Assembly: GCA_963727505.1 (NCBI GenBank)
Contig: CAVSGP010000006.1
Coordinates: 32,001 to 96,000 of the forward strand
Reading direction: 5' to 3'
DNA length: 64,000 nucleotides
From: an uncultured Trueperaceae bacterium
Lineage (GTDB): Bacteria > Deinococcota > Deinococci > Deinococcales > Trueperaceae
Positions 59,869 through 64,000 of this stretch are shown one piece after another. The notes below the pieces were generated by a model, which was given only the letters and a program-made list of their open reading frames with translations, did no database searches and was not told the origin of the DNA. A program made the position numbers and the translations under genes. Positions within the stretch are counted from its first letter, which is position 1. Every line of letters starts with the position of its first letter.

Positions 59869-61038
59869 CTACGTTCGGTCGAACTCCCACCTCCTCTGTT
59901 CGAAGTACGACTGGGTTGCGAGGCTGGCCGCTCCTCGAGCCCACATGTCGCGGCTCTCGCGCTGGACTACCAGTTCAGGCAGCCTCGGAAGGGTCGGGAA
60001 GGCATGGCGTTCCAGGCTGGTCGCGATCGCGTCTCGAAGTGGTTCGCCGATGGCGACGCCCGAGCCCGTGAGGATCAGGATCTCGGGATTGAAGAGGTTC
60101 ACCAGGTGGGACAGGGCCAGCCCGATGGCGTCGCCGATGTCCTCGAGGATGTGGACGGCGCGCGGTTCGCCTTCACGGGCCAGCGCCCCGAGTTCCTCGA
60201 GGCGCTTCACGTCGAGACCCGCCTCGGCAGCCCGCGCGAGCGTCCCTGGGACCGAGGCCACGGCTTCCAGACAGCCCTGCTTCCCGCAGGCGCAGGGTGG
60301 GCCGCCTTCGCGCACCGTGCAGTGGCCCACCTCGCCGGCGGCGCCGAACCTCCCGCGATAGAGCCTTCCGCCGACCACCAGGCCGGCGCCGATGCCCTTG
60401 CCGAGGCTCACTACCGCGAAGTCGCCCAGACCGCGCGCCCGACCGAACATCTGTTCGCCGATGGCCAGGGTGTTGGCGTCGTTCTCCACGGCCACGGGGA
60501 GCCCGAGTGCCTGCTCGAGCATCGCTCCGATCGGGACATCGGCCCAGTCGAGCACCACCGAGCGGATGCACGAACCTCGTTCGTCGTCGACCAGGCCCGA
60601 CATGCCGAGGCCCAGCCCGGCGATCGTGTCGGCCGATATCGTCGCCTTCTCGGCGAGTTCGCCCAGGAGGCGAACGGTTGCGGCGACGACGCGTTCGGGG
60701 TGGCGCGTCGAGAGCCGGTGCGTGCGCCGTGCCAGCACGCGGCCGCCCAGATCGGTCAGCACCGCGCTGAGCTCGCCGTCGTCCAGCTTGGCGCCGGCGA
60801 TGGCCGCGTAGCCGGGCTCGAGCCGCAGCAGGATGGGCGGCCGTCCCAGCCGCTCGGTCTTGCCCGGGCTGGGGTTGTCCTCCTCGACCACGATGCCGAC
60901 GTCGACGAGATGCTTGGTGAGCATGGTGACGGCCGACGGACTCAGGTGGGTACGCCGTGCGATCGCGGACCGGTTGATCGGTCCCTGTTCACGGATGACG
61001 CGGAATACCGCGGCGGCGCTGTCTTCGTTGCGGTCCAT
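59869..61038 (-). CDS. ROK family transcriptional regulator
   Basis: N-terminal HTH, GRPP, VENDAN, GEVGH, CACGKQGCLE. Confidence 0.93.
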   Translation of the reverse strand: MDRNEDSAAAVFRVIREQGPINRSAIARRTHLSPSAVTMLTKHLVDVGIVVEEDNPSPGKTERLGRPPILLRLEPGYAAIAGAKLDDGELSAVLTDLGGRVLARRTHRLSTRHPERVVAATVRLLGELAEKATISADTIAGLGLGMSGLVDDERGSCIRSVVLDWADVPIGAMLEQALGLPVAVENDANTLAIGEQMFGRARGLGDFAVVSLGKGIGAGLVVGGRLYRGRFGAAGEVGHCTVREGGPPCACGKQGCLEAVASVPGTLARAAEAGLDVKRLEELGALAREGEPRAVHILEDIGDAIGLALSHLVNLFNPEILILTGSGVAIGEPLRDAIATSLERHAFPTLPRLPELVVQRESRDMWARGAASLATQSYFEQRRWEFDRT

Positions 61039-61046
61039 GGTTTTAT

Positions 61047-61063
61047 TTATTTCACCGAATTAA
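61047..61063. promoter_or_regulatory. AT-rich near-palindrome, candidate ROK operator, immediately downstream of -10 CATACT
   Basis: TTATTTC-acc-GAATTAA in otherwise high-GC DNA. Confidence 0.6.
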
Positions 61064-61264
61064 GTATGACGCTGATTCTAGAGCATCGGAAGGTCGAGCG
61101 CAACCCCTCTCCGGATCGGACCGGCCGACTGCGTCCTGAGGCACGGAGATCGGCGCCTGCGAACGTTACGGTCGATGGGATCGACCCGGCGCCGCCGTAC
61201 CTGCTCGCTGGCCCGGCGGGCGGCCCCGGGGGCACTCGTTCCCACCTCGAGGGAGGACCCTTCC

Positions 61265-62098
61265 ATGAACGCTTCCGTCACGTCGCTCGCCGCCGTCGCT
61301 GCCCGCCTGGGCCTCGATCTGGTCGCCGCCATCGTCATCCTGGTCGTCGGTTGGATTCTCGCAGGCTGGGCCGGGGCCGTCGTCCGCCGGGCCGCCTCAC
61401 GCAGCGGTCGACTGGACGAGACCGTCGTCACCGTGCTGGGGCGTGTTGCGCGCTGGGCTGTGCTGGTCTTCACGGTGATCGCGGTGCTCGGACGCTTCGG
61501 CGTTCAGACCACCAGCCTGGTCGCCCTGATCGGCGCGGCCGGCCTGGCCATCGGCCTGGCGTTGCAGGGCGCCCTGTCCAACGTCGCGGCCGGCGTTCTG
61601 CTGTTGGCGCTCAGGCCCTTCCGGGTCGGGGACGCGATCGACATCGCCGGCACCGGGGGCGTCGTCGACGACATGGGGCTCTTCGTCACCCGGCTCACCA
61701 GCTTCGACGGCGTGCCACTGTTCTTGCCTAACAGCAGCGTGTGGGGCAAGCAGGTCAGCAACTACTCGCAGGCGGGACGGCGGCGCAACGACCTCATCGT
61801 CGGCATCGGTTACGGCGACGACGTGGCCAAGGCCATGGCGGTGTTGCAGGAACTCGTCGCCGGCGAGGAACGCGCGCTCGAGGATCCCGCCCCGCTGGTC
61901 GCCGTCGAGTCGCTCGGCGACAGCTCGGTCAACCTGCTGCTGCGCTATTGGACGGGTGCCGGCGACTACTTCGCCACCAAGCTCGACCTGACGCGGGCCG
62001 TGAAGGAGCGCTTCGACGCCGAAGATATCTCGATCCCCTTCCCGCAGCGCGACCTCCACGTGGTCGAGGGTGGCGTGGCGCTGGCGCCCAGTGCCTAG
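61265..62098 (+). CDS. mscS: Small-conductance mechanosensitive channel
   Basis: GAAGLAIGLALQGALSNVAAG, PFRVGD, LPNS, IPFPQR. Confidence 0.93.
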   Translation: MNASVTSLAAVAARLGLDLVAAIVILVVGWILAGWAGAVVRRAASRSGRLDETVVTVLGRVARWAVLVFTVIAVLGRFGVQTTSLVALIGAAGLAIGLALQGALSNVAAGVLLLALRPFRVGDAIDIAGTGGVVDDMGLFVTRLTSFDGVPLFLPNSSVWGKQVSNYSQAGRRRNDLIVGIGYGDDVAKAMAVLQELVAGEERALEDPAPLVAVESLGDSSVNLLLRYWTGAGDYFATKLDLTRAVKERFDAEDISIPFPQRDLHVVEGGVALAPSA

Positions 62099-63327
62099 AC
62101 GGACTCAGGCGGGGACACGCCGGGTCGCCGCAGCGTCGGCAAGTACACCAGCAGCGCCGCGGCGCAGAGCGTTGCGCTGAGCGCGAGAGAAGTCGCGTAG
62201 GCCCCGGCCGAGGCGTGCCCGCCGGCGGGGGCGAGCGCGTTCACCACGTTGCCGATGCCCCACTGCAGGACGAAGCCGCCCAGGAACATGAAGAGGTTGA
62301 TCGCGGTCACCGCCCTGCCGGTGAGCCCGGCCGGAAACAGCACGTTGGCCTGGGCGTAGAGCAGCAGCGCGAACGACCCGCTGCCCGCCAGCAGGAACAG
62401 CAGCGCGCCCAGCGCCGCGGGCGCCGCCACTCGGCCCGCGACCAGGGCGAGCGCGGCCTGCACCAGCACCATCACGAGCGTTGCGGTCGCCACCACCCTG
62501 GCGGGCCCGAAGCGCTGGGCGAGCCAGCCCGAGACGAAGAAGCCGAGCACCAGGCCGATGCCGAGCCAGAGCAGCACGTTGCCCGCTGCCACGGCGCTCA
62601 AGCCGGCGGCCTCGGTCAGGTAGGGGCCTGCCCAGAGGCTCTGGTAGGCGAAGGTCGTGCCCATCACGGCGAAGCCCAGGAACGCCAGCCGCCAGAACGC
62701 CGCGCTGCCGAAGATGTCGCCGAAGCCGCCCGGGGACGCCTGCGAGTGAGACTCCGTCCGAGGTGTGCGGACGACGGTTGCGATGGCGACGGCGCTGAGG
62801 AGAAGCACCACGGCCCCGCCGGCGAAGATGGCGCGCCAGCCCACCGCGCGGTTCAGCAGCGCCAGCGGCGCGGTCGCCACCAGGGCGCCCGACGAGCCGG
62901 TGGCCGTGAGCATGCCCGCGACCGCGGCGAACCTGCGCGGCGGATGGATCTGCGAGAGCGCCTTGAGGCCGCCCATCAGGATGCCGGCCGTGCCGAGCCC
63001 GAGCAGCGCCCGGCCCACGCCCAGCCAGACCACGTTCGGCGCCGCGGCGAACACCAGCGCGCCCACCACGCCGGTCAGCATCAGGGCGCTGGTGGTGATC
63101 CGGGCGCCGTAGCGGTCGAGGGCGCTGCCGAAGGGGAGTTGGGCGAGGGCGAAGAAGCCGAAGAACAGACTGCTCATGAGACCGAGCTGCGCCGGCGAGA
63201 GACCCATGCCCGTCGTCAGGTCGTCGGCGATGACGGCATTGGCCGATCGGAAGAAGTAGGACAGGAAGTGGGCGGCTGCGAATACGGCGAAGACGCGCCA
63301 GGCACGGGTCACGGTGCCGGCGAGCAT
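62095..63327 (-). CDS. MFS transporter (start uncertain)
   Basis: SYFFRSA, QLPFGSALDRYGAR, GWRA; multiple TM segments. Confidence 0.88.
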   Translation of the reverse strand: MLAGTVTRAWRVFAVFAAAHFLSYFFRSANAVIADDLTTGMGLSPAQLGLMSSLFFGFFALAQLPFGSALDRYGARITTSALMLTGVVGALVFAAAPNVVWLGVGRALLGLGTAGILMGGLKALSQIHPPRRFAAVAGMLTATGSSGALVATAPLALLNRAVGWRAIFAGGAVVLLLSAVAIATVVRTPRTESHSQASPGGFGDIFGSAAFWRLAFLGFAVMGTTFAYQSLWAGPYLTEAAGLSAVAAGNVLLWLGIGLVLGFFVSGWLAQRFGPARVVATATLVMVLVQAALALVAGRVAAPAALGALLFLLAGSGSFALLLYAQANVLFPAGLTGRAVTAINLFMFLGGFVLQWGIGNVVNALAPAGGHASAGAYATSLALSATLCAAALLVYLPTLRRPGVSPPESV

Positions 63328-63349
63328 ACCAGGGCGCCCCGACGGGGCG

Positions 63350-63703
63350 TCACCCGAGCTCGCGCGTGTCCTCGAAGATCTGCCAGCCCACGCCCGCGGG
63401 CGTGGCCTCGAGTCTCTTCTGGAGGGTCTCGGCCAACCACGGTACCAGGCCCGAGACGTCCTCCTCCTCGTCGTCGCGGAAGGTCAGCACGGTGAACTGG
63501 TAGAACTGCTGCGTCGCGCTCAGGGTGCCGTCGTCGAAGAAGGTGAAGGGGGCGGCGGGGATGGGGTCGATCAGGACGTGCACGTCCGGACCGAGGGTGG
63601 CGGGCAGGAAGGCGCCGAGGTCCACCTCGTCGTCGCGGGGATGCCACACGTACCCCTGCAGCAGGCGCACCGCTTGGCGGTCGTCCTGCCGCTCCGTGCT
63701 CAC
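63350..63703 (-). CDS. DUF3208-like protein
   Basis: VRLLQGYVWHP...PFTFFDDGT...QQFYQFT...TPAGVGWQ; GTG overlaps the upstream stop. Confidence 0.7.
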   Translation of the reverse strand: MSTERQDDRQAVRLLQGYVWHPRDDEVDLGAFLPATLGPDVHVLIDPIPAAPFTFFDDGTLSATQQFYQFTVLTFRDDEEEDVSGLVPWLAETLQKRLEATPAGVGWQIFEDTRELG

Positions 63704-64000
63704 GCGAAGCCGGGTGGGAGGGGGGTGTCGGGCAGGGCCCGCCGCCAGCGCGCCGCGAAGCCGGGAAGGTCGTCGACGAGCAGGCCGGTGAAACCGAGAT
63801 CGTTGCAAGCATCGATGTTGCGCGCGTTGTCGTCGATGAAGACGGTCTCTTCCGGTGGGAGTCCGAGGGCGCCCTGCAACGCGTCGAAGGCCTCCCGGTG
63901 CGGTTTGCGCACTCCGATCTCGTTGGAGAACACCCAGCGTTCCACCCGTTGCATGCGCGGGTCGTCGCGCACGAGGTCGCACAGCTCCGGCACGTTGTTG
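63700..64000 (-). CDS. HAD family phosphatase, C-terminal part (5' truncated by window edge)
   Basis: SNEIGVRKP, VFIDDNARNI. Confidence 0.85.
   Translation of the reverse strand, partial: NNVPELCDLVRDDPRMQRVERWVFSNEIGVRKPHREAFDALQGALGLPPEETVFIDDNARNIDACNDLGFTGLLVDDLPGFAARWRRALPDTPLPPGFA

Overview
High-GC bacterial chromosomal window, most likely Deinococcota (Truepera/Thermus-like). This is inferred from a DUF3208-like gene, Thermus-type GlnK sequences, an exact Thermus PaaR-type operator and many apparently leaderless genes. In order it contains: the end of a GH13 gene; two tandem but divergent amt-glnK pairs; an RmlA-type nucleotidyltransferase; a long-chain acyl-CoA ligase; a GGDEF-EAL gene; a divergent aguA-aguB / speA polyamine module; NUDIX and RNase Z-like genes; a repetitive beta-helix lipoprotein with a small partner ORF; and a frameshifted YczE-like gene. 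Next come a partial phenylacetate (paa) operon; a PucR regulator; and a 4-hydroxyphenylacetate (hpa) cluster that is split by a MacAB-like exporter and a degenerate M20 peptidase and followed by a Liv-type ABC importer. The last third holds divergent nfo/nucS, MarR-MFS, KhtT/KhtU-like genes, an old yellow enzyme, a REC-HD-GYP gene, galT-like/ftsB-like/pccB genes, a ROK-regulated sugar ABC operon, mscS, an MFS, a DUF3208-like gene and a partial HAD gene. I saw no rRNA, tRNA, CRISPR array or mobile element. The most notable signals are non-coding. They include an orphan near-consensus promoter followed at once by a terminator (about 31-nt RNA), 11-bp-period direct-repeat promoters, an identical two-box architecture at both hpa promoters, and structured leaders on speA and the RNase Z-like gene. 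Two enzymes also appear to have lost metal ligands. All calls come from reading the sequence by eye; no searches were run.
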